Below the pieces are notes generated by a model. The model did no database searches. It was given only the letters and a program-made list of their open reading frames with translations, and was not told the origin of the DNA. This document shows positions 27,761 through 36,609 of a DNA stretch of 64,000 nt, in pieces. Made by a program: the position numbers and the translations under genes. The stretch's first letter is position 1. Each line of letters opens with the position of its first letter. The stretch is from assembly GCA_016840095.1 (NCBI GenBank), contig JAEOSZ010000031.1, positions 64,001 to 128,000 on the forward strand. Reading direction: 5' to 3'. The DNA comes from Candidatus Heimdallarchaeota archaeon (lineage in GTDB: Archaea > Asgardarchaeota > Heimdallarchaeia > Heimdallarchaeales > Heimdallarchaeaceae).

Positions 27761-28924
27761 TTATTCAAATTTCTGCAAGGTTTCTTTATACAACTTTTCT
27801 ATTTTGATAATCTCTGATTCCCAATTGAAAGTACTTTTGTATAAATCAGCTGCCTTTTTCTTCATATTCTCTAATCTTTCTTTATCTTGTAGAAGTGTTT
27901 CAATTGCTTCAGCTATTTCTTCTGGTGAAGTTGGGTCAATGAGTATTCCTATGTCTTCAGTACCTAAAGTAGCTCTTCTCAGACCTTCAAAATTCGAACC
28001 TATGAAAGGTACTCCAGCAGAACAATATTCGTACAATCGATTAGGAATTCTTAGAAAATTATTCTTTCCAGGTTGGAATAAAATCATACCTACATCACAG
28101 CTTCTCATAATGGACAATGCATCAATGTAATACATCCATCCTGTGATTTTGAAGTAATCAGAAAGATTATACTCTTCAATTAGTTGCTTCATAGGTTCTA
28201 ATGATGCTCCTTTTCCCATAATGAGGAATTCAAGTTCTGATGACTTGAATTTATTACTTAATATTTTAGCCGCTTCTACAGTCTTATCGTATCCGAGGTT
28301 ATGGTACATAACACCAAAATGCACAACCCTAAATTTTTTATCTGAGACATATTCCTTTGGAATATCTTTTTTGTGTGCAGCTTCAACATCTGTTCTAGAT
28401 GGGTAATTAGCTATCCATGAGCTTTCTGCTTTGTATTTTCTTTTTAGATTTTCAGAGTAGGTTATACCTGCTGTTACAATCCCACTGACTCTTTTGATAT
28501 AATATCTTTCAACCCAAGTATATCCCCACAGACCTAAAAAACCGAATGTTTCAGACATCTGTTCAGGAAAATTTTCATGGCTATCATAGATGGTTATCTT
28601 TGTGTTTTTTCTCAGTCTTGTTGTAAGAGGAAGAACATTAAGATCATGAAGATGGATAATATCATACTGTTTTTTTCCTACTAATTTCTTCACATTTTTC
28701 CAGAATTCAAAATACTTGAAGAATAATCTCTTAGTACTTGGTACTCTAAGAATAGTGTATCCATCTCTTTCTTCTTCATTGTCTAATTCACTTGTAGGAT
28801 TAGTTCCAATAACAGTAACTTTGTGACCTTTACTTGCTAAATATCTTGCTTCTTTTTCAACTCTCACATCAGGAGCAACTGTGCTTAGAACAACCATTAA
28901 AATATTCCAGTTATCTTGAGACAT
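27761..28924 (-). CDS. glycosyltransferase family 4
   Basis: DVRVEKEA, HLHD, YDSHE, PNRLYEY..AGVP, FNWE. Confidence 0.93.
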   Translation of the reverse strand: MSQDNWNILMVVLSTVAPDVRVEKEARYLASKGHKVTVIGTNPTSELDNEEERDGYTILRVPSTKRLFFKYFEFWKNVKKLVGKKQYDIIHLHDLNVLPLTTRLRKNTKITIYDSHENFPEQMSETFGFLGLWGYTWVERYYIKRVSGIVTAGITYSENLKRKYKAESSWIANYPSRTDVEAAHKKDIPKEYVSDKKFRVVHFGVMYHNLGYDKTVEAAKILSNKFKSSELEFLIMGKGASLEPMKQLIEEYNLSDYFKITGWMYYIDALSIMRSCDVGMILFQPGKNNFLRIPNRLYEYCSAGVPFIGSNFEGLRRATLGTEDIGILIDPTSPEEIAEAIETLLQDKERLENMKKKAADLYKSTFNWESEIIKIEKLYKETLQKFE

Positions 28925-29004
28925 TGAATTTAGAAGAGTAATTCAATTTTTTAAAGTTTAGTTCTGCTACACATTTAAATACATTTTAGAATAATATCAG
29001 TTTC

Positions 29005-30336
29005 ATGAGTGAAAGATTCAGGTTTCCAGATGAGTTTCTGTGGGGTTCAGCTCAATCAGCATATCAAGTTGAAGGAAATAACTATAACAATGATTGGTAC
29101 GAATTTGAACAGATTCCTGGCGTTATCAAAAATGGAGATAGATGTGGTGAATCTTCTGACCATTACAACTTATTCGAATCTGATTTTAAGCTTCTAAGAG
29201 AACTAAATCAGAATGCTCTTAGAACTGGAATTGAATGGAGTAGAATAGTTCCAGAGGAGAACGTAGTAAATGAAGATGAGTTAGAACATTATCACAAAGT
29301 TATAGAATCATTGAGAAAAAATAATCTGACTGGATTCATTAATATCTTTCATTTTACAATTCCAATTTGGTTAGAAAGAAAAGGAGGATTTCTGAAAACT
29401 AAGAATCTGGAATACTTTCAACATTATTGTGAGGTTTTGGCAAAGAATTTTCCAGAAGTAGATTTTTGGAATACAATTAATGAACCTGGAGTAGTTCCTT
29501 TACTTGGTTATTTGTATGGAGATTTTCCTCCAAGAAAGAAATCCATCACTGCTTTTGCAAAAGTATATAGGAATATGATAAGAGCTCATGCTATTGCATA
29601 TAGGAAAATCAAGGAATACAATCCAAGAAGTCAAGTTGGTATAGTCAAAACCATGCCTTATTTTTATCAAAAATACCATAGTCGGTTATGGAAAAAATGG
29701 ATTGTTTCAGCTATGGATTTTGCATACAATCAAGTTATGTTTAATGCATTAAATAAAGGTAAGCTTCCTTTTGTTCCATTTTCGCACCACAAAATGATTA
29801 AGGATTCTTCTGACTTCTTTGGCTTGAATTATTATGATCCTGTATTTTTCAAGTTTAAATTTGGTATTCCTCTTGAAACTGATTTTAAATTACCAGAGCA
29901 ATCAGAAACTACTCAAATGGGTTGGGGGATATACCCAAAGGGTCTTTATGAGGATATTATGAGAGTAAAAAAAGAATTCAAAGGACCTATATACATTACT
30001 GAGAATGGAATAGCTACACTTCAAGATGAACAGAGACAAAAATTCATCGTAGCTCATTTGGTAGAAGTCCACAAAGCAATCTCAGAAGGTGCAAACGTCA
30101 AAGGATTCTTTTATTGGTCTTCACTTGATAACTGGGAATGGGCAGAGGGATTTGAACCTAGATTCGGTTTGATTGGAATTGATTATAAAACTAAAAAACG
30201 AGAAGTAAGAGAATCAGCAAAGATGTATGGAAGTATTGCAAAAGAAAATGGGATATCAGAGGATTTGCTGAGCAAATATGAGATTGAAAATCCTTACAAA
30301 ACTAATATAACAACTAAGAAAGATTTGGTTATTTAA
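29005..30336 (+). CDS. glycoside hydrolase family 1 (beta-glucosidase/galactosidase)
   Basis: FPDEFLWG, AYQVEG, acid/base TINEP, nucleophile ITENG, DNWEWAEG. Confidence 0.96.
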   Translation: MSERFRFPDEFLWGSAQSAYQVEGNNYNNDWYEFEQIPGVIKNGDRCGESSDHYNLFESDFKLLRELNQNALRTGIEWSRIVPEENVVNEDELEHYHKVIESLRKNNLTGFINIFHFTIPIWLERKGGFLKTKNLEYFQHYCEVLAKNFPEVDFWNTINEPGVVPLLGYLYGDFPPRKKSITAFAKVYRNMIRAHAIAYRKIKEYNPRSQVGIVKTMPYFYQKYHSRLWKKWIVSAMDFAYNQVMFNALNKGKLPFVPFSHHKMIKDSSDFFGLNYYDPVFFKFKFGIPLETDFKLPEQSETTQMGWGIYPKGLYEDIMRVKKEFKGPIYITENGIATLQDEQRQKFIVAHLVEVHKAISEGANVKGFFYWSSLDNWEWAEGFEPRFGLIGIDYKTKKREVRESAKMYGSIAKENGISEDLLSKYEIENPYKTNITTKKDLVI

Positions 30337-30337
30337 T

Positions 30338-30847
30338 ATGTCATTCAGTCTTACTATCTTCTATGATCCAACAATTCAATATGATATTGTTGATCAAATA
30401 ATAAAAGCTCTGAAAGATGTGTTTAACATAAATTTCGTGAGTATTATTTCAAAACCTCTTCTGAAGAACACATTTGATAAAGGACGAAATCAATATGATG
30501 GTCAAAAATTATTGAACTCATTAATTGACAAAGAGAAATTAACATACTTCCTTTGGTTAGTTGATAAAGATCTATATGTACCTGGTCGAAATTTTGTATT
30601 TGGATTAGCCTCTCAATATTTCGGAGCTATAGTCTCTTTTCATAGATTAGAAACAATGAAGATGAAAATCAAAGAGAGCATCCATGAATGTGGTCATATT
30701 CTTGGTTTAGGACACTGCAAAGAGAATTGTGTTATGCAATATTCAAAGAACATAGAAGAAGCAAATTACAAACCAAATACACTCTGTTTGGATTGTAAAA
30801 AATTGTTACTTGAAAACGAAAAAAAAATTGATGAAAACAAAGATTAA
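30338..30847 (+). CDS. archaemetzincin family Zn metalloprotease
   Basis: RNQY, NFVFG, HECGHILGLGHC...CVM...S, LCLDC. Confidence 0.92.
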   Translation: MSFSLTIFYDPTIQYDIVDQIIKALKDVFNINFVSIISKPLLKNTFDKGRNQYDGQKLLNSLIDKEKLTYFLWLVDKDLYVPGRNFVFGLASQYFGAIVSFHRLETMKMKIKESIHECGHILGLGHCKENCVMQYSKNIEEANYKPNTLCLDCKKLLLENEKKIDENKD

Positions 30848-30892
30848 ATAAGTGCGATACTTTTTTTAGAATTGTAGCAAGGTGCTATTTAG

Positions 30893-31147
30893 TTGTATCA
30901 GAAATATGTAGATTCAATAGTTGAGAGTTGCAAAAAGGACAATAGTTACGTTGTAATGCTAAAATGGGATGCAATTGATGAAGTCCATGAGAAACTTTCA
31001 AAGAATGGAAAACTGATACAAAAAATTGGTAACATGGTTGAGAAGTTTCAATTTGAGAATAACAGAGTATCATTCTACAGAACAGGAAAACTAATGCTTG
31101 TTGGAGTAGAAAACATTGAGCAATTTCTCGCGCAAATACTGGAGTAA
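30893..31147 (+). CDS. hypothetical protein (resembles the C-terminal domain of ThiF/MoeB-family proteins)
   Basis: 84 aa, TTG start, ends 5 nt before iscS; single Cys and VSFYRTGKLMLVGV motif. Confidence 0.55.
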   Translation: MYQKYVDSIVESCKKDNSYVVMLKWDAIDEVHEKLSKNGKLIQKIGNMVEKFQFENNRVSFYRTGKLMLVGVENIEQFLAQILE

Positions 31148-31152
31148 AACTA

Positions 31153-32364
31153 ATGTCAAACATAGAAGGATTGTTGAAACAACATGGAACCCCTGAGAAG
31201 GAAGTCTATCTTGATTGGGAAAATGGTTCTGTTGTTGATAAAGAAGTCTACAAGGAGATGAAACCTTTTTATCTAGAAAGGACTTTCGGGAATCCTGCAA
31301 TAACACATCATATGGGATGGGAAACTCTAGACTTTTACATGAAAGCAAAAACCAAGATTGCAAAACCACTAAACGTTGATCCTCAAGCTTTAGCTCTAAC
31401 ACACAGTTTCTCAGAATCAAATAATCTTGCAGTTAGAGGACTTGCAAAAATGAATAAGAAAAGAAAAAAGATTATTGTTTCAGAAGTAGAACATCTTAGT
31501 GTTATTCACACAGCAAAAGCAATGTTTAATGACCAATATCAAGTTGAAATAATCCCAGTTTCTAATGATGGTACTGTTAACCTTGATATTCTCCAAGAAA
31601 AGATAGATAGTGATACTCTGCTAGTAAGTTTACAGACAATAAATCATGAAATCGGAACTATTCAACCTGTAAGAGAAGCTTTAGAGATTGTCAAAGATAA
31701 AGATGAAAGTATATTCTTCCATACAGATGCAACCTCAGCTTTTGGTAGAATACCATTAGATTATAATAAGGTTGAAGTTGATTTAGCCACATTCAATAGT
31801 AACAGAATTCTAGGTCCAAAAGGTATTGCAGGACTCTATATCAAAAAAGGAACTAAACTTAAAGCAATATATGAAGGACAACTAAGCGTTGAAGTTCTTG
31901 CTCCAGATGTAGAAAATCCAGCACTTCTAGCAGGTTTTGCAAAAGCAGTTGAGATACAGTTTGAAAAATTTGATGAGATTAACAATCAGACAAAGAAACT
32001 TAGAGACAAATTATTATATGGTCTCCAAACAAGTATCGAAAGAACTGAAATTAATGGACCTTCAGGAGATAGAAGAGCACCAGACAATGTTAATATAAGC
32101 TATATGGGTTGTGAAGGAGAAGCATTAACTGTTGAATGTAGTATGAACGGAATCTACGTTTCTAGCGGCTCTGCTTGCACTTCGAGAGTATTAATGCCAA
32201 GTCATATACTTACAGCTATCGGGAGAAAGCCTGAAGAAGCACACGGCAGTTTGCTCATGAAGTTGAATCGACTGAATACTGAAGAGCAAGTTGATTATGT
32301 TCTTGAAAGAATGCCAAAAGTCATTAAAAGAATTAGATCTATAACTGGAGGAATTGAACTTTAG
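31153..32364 (+). CDS. iscS: IscS/NifS-like protein lacking the PLP Schiff-base lysine
   Basis: YLD, GNP, ESNN, EH, NHEIGTIQP, FHTDA, GPKG, SSGSAC342TS; canonical SxHK appears as NSNR218. Confidence 0.9.
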   Translation: MSNIEGLLKQHGTPEKEVYLDWENGSVVDKEVYKEMKPFYLERTFGNPAITHHMGWETLDFYMKAKTKIAKPLNVDPQALALTHSFSESNNLAVRGLAKMNKKRKKIIVSEVEHLSVIHTAKAMFNDQYQVEIIPVSNDGTVNLDILQEKIDSDTLLVSLQTINHEIGTIQPVREALEIVKDKDESIFFHTDATSAFGRIPLDYNKVEVDLATFNSNRILGPKGIAGLYIKKGTKLKAIYEGQLSVEVLAPDVENPALLAGFAKAVEIQFEKFDEINNQTKKLRDKLLYGLQTSIERTEINGPSGDRRAPDNVNISYMGCEGEALTVECSMNGIYVSSGSACTSRVLMPSHILTAIGRKPEEAHGSLLMKLNRLNTEEQVDYVLERMPKVIKRIRSITGGIEL

Positions 32365-32376
32365 AGGAGATTAAAA

Positions 32377-32889
32377 ATGTCGAGTAGAATACCTTTACCT
32401 TACGCACCACGTGTTCTTGAATTATTTCAAAATCCACAAAATCTAGGACGAATGGAAGATGCAACAGTTTATGCATCAGCAGGTAGTCCTGCATGTGGAG
32501 ATATGATTGCTTTTTATCTAAAATTAGATGAACCCAAAGGCCTCATTACTAAGTCTAGTTTTGAAAGCTATGGTTGTGCTTCAAATATTGCAGCTGCAAG
32601 TCAACTTACAATTATGATAGAAAATAAATCTCTTGAAGAAGCCTGGAATATTAGTTGGGCTGAGATTTCTGAAGCTCTAGGAGGATTACCTTCTGTGAAA
32701 ACACATTGTGGTTCTTTAGCAGTAGGGGCTTTGAGAAGAGCAGTTAGGGTTTATTATGAACAAAAGGAAATTCCGTTACCTTCTTGGTTACCAGAAGAAC
32801 TTACTAAGGATGAAAAACATGCTTTAGAAGAAGAAGCTTTAGCAGAAAAGCTAGCAAAGAAGTATAAGATTCTTGAAAAAAGTGATTAA
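32377..32889 (+). CDS. iscU: IscU/NifU Fe-S scaffold protein
   Basis: ACGD, YGC and LPSVKTHC retain all three Cys; acidic C-terminal extension. Confidence 0.94.
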   Translation: MSSRIPLPYAPRVLELFQNPQNLGRMEDATVYASAGSPACGDMIAFYLKLDEPKGLITKSSFESYGCASNIAAASQLTIMIENKSLEEAWNISWAEISEALGGLPSVKTHCGSLAVGALRRAVRVYYEQKEIPLPSWLPEELTKDEKHALEEEALAEKLAKKYKILEKSD

Positions 32890-32973
32890 GTACATAGATT
32901 ATCTGAAAGTCCTCTAAGCTTGTTTCTAAAAAATAAACAAAGGTTTTTATATTTTATTTAACCAATTCTAAAC

Positions 32974-33189
32974 ATGGCTGGGTATCGAATAATCTCATTG
33001 TTTCAAGCAGTGTTTGGTTTATTTCTAGCTCTATCGGTTTTTGATTTTGCTGATGCTATAGGTTTAAACGTTGCATTGAATTTTGGTATTTCTCCCTATT
33101 GGTCTGTTTATGCTTTTTGGGGATACATAATAGCAGTAATTGCAATTTTACAAGTAGTTAAAGCTTTTATTGTTAGAGAAAGAGAATAG
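32974..33189 (+). CDS. small membrane protein (2 TM)
   Basis: Two hydrophobic helices; TATA-like TTTATAT at 32946-32952. Confidence 0.6.
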   Translation: MAGYRIISLFQAVFGLFLALSVFDFADAIGLNVALNFGISPYWSVYAFWGYIIAVIAILQVVKAFIVRERE

Positions 33190-33233
33190 AATTCACAAAC
33201 CTTTAATTCTCTTTATTTCTATTATTTTAACAC

Positions 33234-34211
33234 TCACGAAAGCATTTCCGGTATTGCTAAAACAATTGATCCTGCAATAATTATTAAAACTCCGAGAATC
33301 TGAGGTATCGATATTTTTTCCTTCAGAAAAATTCCACCTAAAATCATAACGAACAAAGGTGAAATTGAAGATATTGGCGTTGTTATTCCTGCAGATTGAA
33401 GTAGTTGAACAGCTGTGAAGAATACAGCCCCACCTCCAATCCAAGATACAGCTCCTCCAGCCATCAATATCAAAGCTTCTTTTCTTGGAGCAAATGTTTT
33501 ATCTCTGAATTTCTCTTTATTAACTAAGAATCTTGTTAATGCAAAAATAGCAACAAGCACTACCATCAATCCATTCCTAAGAGCCATTAATGGAATAACT
33601 TCTATTGTTAAATCCTCAAGTATTATTCTGTTGAAAACTATAGCTGTTCCCCAAAAAATAGCTGCAACAATTGATAATGAGATACCAACAGGAAGAACTT
33701 TCTTTTTCTGTTCATATTCTTTCACATCCATGGTATTCTCAATAGATCTCAAACTATTTCTGCTATCGCGTCTTGAGAAATAGGATATCATAATTACACC
33801 AGATGAGATGAGAAGAGTTCCCCCAATAATGAACCAAGTTATATTTTCGATTCTAGCTATTAAAAGTGTTAAAGTGGTGAAAATGGGATAGATTGAAGTT
33901 ATAGGTTGAGCTATTGAGACATCAATTTTCTTCAAAGCACTCAGTGAAAGAAAATCACCTAAGGTTAGAGTTAAAACTCCTAAAAATAACCAGAGAAGAT
34001 TTAATCCTGATGTAATTTTAGTATATGAATTTGTTCCATCAATTGCGAATCCAATGATAAGCAGAACAGGAATTGCAAATAATCCTTTGATATATGTTGC
34101 TGCTAATGGGCTAGTGTTTTTTACACCTACTTTGAAAATGACCATAGATGATCCCCAAGAAAAAGCAGCTGCAATCGACATTACAACTCCTACTGCAAAG
34201 CTAACCATCAT
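33234..34211 (-). CDS. EamA/DMT family transporter
   Basis: Ten TM helices; AAFSWG, PITSIYP, AAIFWG, PISSISP, FLKEKI. Confidence 0.92.
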   Translation of the reverse strand: MMVSFAVGVVMSIAAAFSWGSSMVIFKVGVKNTSPLAATYIKGLFAIPVLLIIGFAIDGTNSYTKITSGLNLLWLFLGVLTLTLGDFLSLSALKKIDVSIAQPITSIYPIFTTLTLLIARIENITWFIIGGTLLISSGVIMISYFSRRDSRNSLRSIENTMDVKEYEQKKKVLPVGISLSIVAAIFWGTAIVFNRIILEDLTIEVIPLMALRNGLMVVLVAIFALTRFLVNKEKFRDKTFAPRKEALILMAGGAVSWIGGGAVFFTAVQLLQSAGITTPISSISPLFVMILGGIFLKEKISIPQILGVLIIIAGSIVLAIPEMLS

Positions 34212-34313
34212 CTTTGGATGAGAATCTTAATTCATAAACTTTTGTTTGAGGTGTTGAAATCTTTCATGAACAATATGTTTTTATTTTATTTCACTCGTTT
34301 TAGATTGATAATA

Positions 34314-34652
34314 ATGAGTAGAAATATACCTATCAAAGTAGAGAGAAGAGAAGATGTTCCAAACTTCTATGCTGAAAGCATTCAAATGGTGCATTCCATA
34401 TCGGGTTTTAAAATGATAATTTTCAAAGATCAAGCAGAATATGCAACAGAACCTAGTATAGGTCCAAATGCTCTAATTCCACGTACAATAATTAAAGAAA
34501 TAGTTTCTGAGGTGAGTTTCTCTCCACAACAACTTAAGATTCTTCAAAAAGTTGTTGAAGAACAAATCAATGCTTATGAATCACGTTTTGGAGAAATAAC
34601 TCTTCCTGAACAAACTAAGAAACAAGATAACACTACTGCAACTTTCATCTGA
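34314..34652 (+). CDS. DUF3467-like protein
   Basis: FYAESI, SFSPQQLK, YESRFGEI. Start moved to ATG at 34314. Confidence 0.75.
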   Translation: MSRNIPIKVERREDVPNFYAESIQMVHSISGFKMIIFKDQAEYATEPSIGPNALIPRTIIKEIVSEVSFSPQQLKILQKVVEEQINAYESRFGEITLPEQTKKQDNTTATFI

Positions 34653-34667
34653 ATTGAGAAAGTTACA

Positions 34668-35051
34668 CTACTCTTTCTCATTTTCAATTGTATCAATAGT
34701 TGCTAGTAAATCATCCAAACTGAAAGGTTTTCTTAGAAAATATGGGATTCCTAAATCTGCAACTTGATCTCTAGAAATTGTATCATCTGCTGTAGCTATA
34801 ATAATTTGTTTTTTGAGGGTTGGTGAAATCTCTATTAGTCTTTTCGCAACTTCTAATCCAGTTTTTTCAGGTATTCGGTTATCAATTAGAAAAACAATAT
34901 CCTCAATTTTTTCTTTTAATTGTTCAATTTTCTCTAATGCAACTCGACCACTAGAGACAATATCTTCAATTTCTATACCCTCTCTCTCAAAAAGTAATCT
35001 ATACAAATTGCTTATATCTTTCTCATCTTCTATGATATAGATTTTCTTCAT
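34668..35051 (-). CDS. stand-alone response regulator receiver protein
   Basis: IIEDE, phosphoacceptor Asp in LIDNRIP, TG, ATA, RKPF. Confidence 0.92.
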   Translation of the reverse strand: MKKIYIIEDEKDISNLYRLLFEREGIEIEDIVSSGRVALEKIEQLKEKIEDIVFLIDNRIPEKTGLEVAKRLIEISPTLKKQIIIATADDTISRDQVADLGIPYFLRKPFSLDDLLATIDTIENEKE

Positions 35052-35164
35052 AGGACCTCACTATTCGATAACGGATTTGAAGAGGACTATTAAATATTTC
35101 GAAATTTTGACTAACGTTGAAAAATTAACAAAAATCTTTTAAGACAAGTAAAGAACTATTTATC

Positions 35165-35788
35165 ATGAAAAAGAACTCTTCTCTGGTTGCACTAGTTCTT
35201 ATTGTAATAGTACTAGCATCTGTTACATCAGTTAAAGCTGAGAAATTCGAATGGGACTATAATGTTAATACAGGTGCATCAAGTAGCAGAGAATTCTTTG
35301 TAACAAAAGATAATCAATTTATCCAACTAACAGTTGAGGTTCATCAAGGAGGACCAATCAATATATTCGTATTTAATAATCAAACTTTTCTCGATTGGAA
35401 TGATGGTTTCCCTGCAACTCCTGATGGTTTTGTTATTGCTTTATTTGGGGAAGCAAATATCACAGAGGGAACAAAAATTACTATAGATGGGTATCTTGGA
35501 CCTGCATTTAATTATACTGTTGAATCAATTTCTATAGGTGAAGAAACCAATACATATAATGGAACTGAAACTCTAACTACCACACTATATAACGTACGTA
35601 CTACATCAAATTATCAAGAAGCATATTATGTTATAGTGGATAACAGATCTGGAGATAGACCAGCTATAGTATCTGTAACAGCTGTTTCGACAGTTGATGC
35701 AGCAAATATTGTATCTGCTCTTGGGGGGATAATACTAGTAGCATTAGTATTCTCAAAGAGGAAGAAATGGAAAAAGTCCCCTTTTTAG
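35165..35788 (+). CDS. type I membrane/surface protein with a GOLD (p24)-like beta-sandwich
   Basis: Signal peptide; VEVHQGGPINIFVF...FLDW and YYVIVDN; C-terminal TM followed by KRKKWKKSPF. Confidence 0.55.
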   Translation: MKKNSSLVALVLIVIVLASVTSVKAEKFEWDYNVNTGASSSREFFVTKDNQFIQLTVEVHQGGPINIFVFNNQTFLDWNDGFPATPDGFVIALFGEANITEGTKITIDGYLGPAFNYTVESISIGEETNTYNGTETLTTTLYNVRTTSNYQEAYYVIVDNRSGDRPAIVSVTAVSTVDAANIVSALGGIILVALVFSKRKKWKKSPF

Positions 35789-35855
35789 TGTTGGAATAAG
35801 TAAGATTATTATACATCCTTTCTATTTGAAATTATCAAATACATTTGGTGTTATT

Positions 35856-36170
35856 ATGGTTAATGTTCCACATGATGAAGCTGTTAACTTTAGATACGAT
35901 ATTGTAACTGTTATTCAGAACAAAGAAATAACTAAAGAAAATCTGAAGGAATTCTCAGCGAAAGTAAAAGAGAATATTGTTAGTAATTGCACAGGTGATA
36001 GTTTAGCAATAACAGGAATGAGAGGGATGCTCAAAGTTCATTGGCATGCTGACGATCCTGCAGAAGTATTAAAGGTTCTAGAACAATTTGGAACTGTCCT
36101 ATCTCATGATGTTGAAGATATGAAGGAACAATACGAAATTTACAAAGCAAAACAACAACAAAATGAGTGA
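35856..36170 (+). CDS. stand-alone FakA/DAK2-protein middle-domain-like protein
   Basis: GDSLAI...LKVHWHADDP...FG......EDMKEQ pattern. Start moved to ATG at 35856. Confidence 0.65.
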   Translation: MVNVPHDEAVNFRYDIVTVIQNKEITKENLKEFSAKVKENIVSNCTGDSLAITGMRGMLKVHWHADDPAEVLKVLEQFGTVLSHDVEDMKEQYEIYKAKQQQNE

Positions 36171-36556
36171 AAATGTCACAAATTTCCCAAATACATCTCT
36201 ATTTTTCTTTATGTAAAGATTGTGGAGAATGTTGTTTCGAGTGTGGTTTTTTAGACAAATATACAGGATGTTCTAATGAAGACTTCAGAGTGAGATCTAG
36301 ATGTTCCTCTTTTCCAATAGTTTATGGTAATCCAGAAAGTATGGGACATAAGGATTTGTGGGGAAATATCTCTTCTACAAGAACAGATTGTAATAATAAA
36401 TGGTTCTTGATAGAATTCGAAAAATGCCTTCTTCTCCAAGATGAAGTTTTCTTTCACCACCTTAGATGGATTATTGAAGAAATAAATAATGGAAAAGATA
36501 TTTCTGGTTTTGTTGTTAGTTCAAAAGATGCTATTTTGACAGTAAATCCAAAGTGA
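36167..36556 (+). CDS. YkgJ-like (CxxCxxCC) Cys-cluster protein
   Basis: CKDCGECC..CGFL....GC......R.RCSSFP; 4-bp overlap with the upstream gene. Confidence 0.65.
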   Translation: MKMSQISQIHLYFSLCKDCGECCFECGFLDKYTGCSNEDFRVRSRCSSFPIVYGNPESMGHKDLWGNISSTRTDCNNKWFLIEFEKCLLLQDEVFFHHLRWIIEEINNGKDISGFVVSSKDAILTVNPK

Positions 36557-36609
36557 AGTATTTAAAATGTTAGCAAAAATTCAAAATACATCACAGAAAG
36601 AGTCAATTA

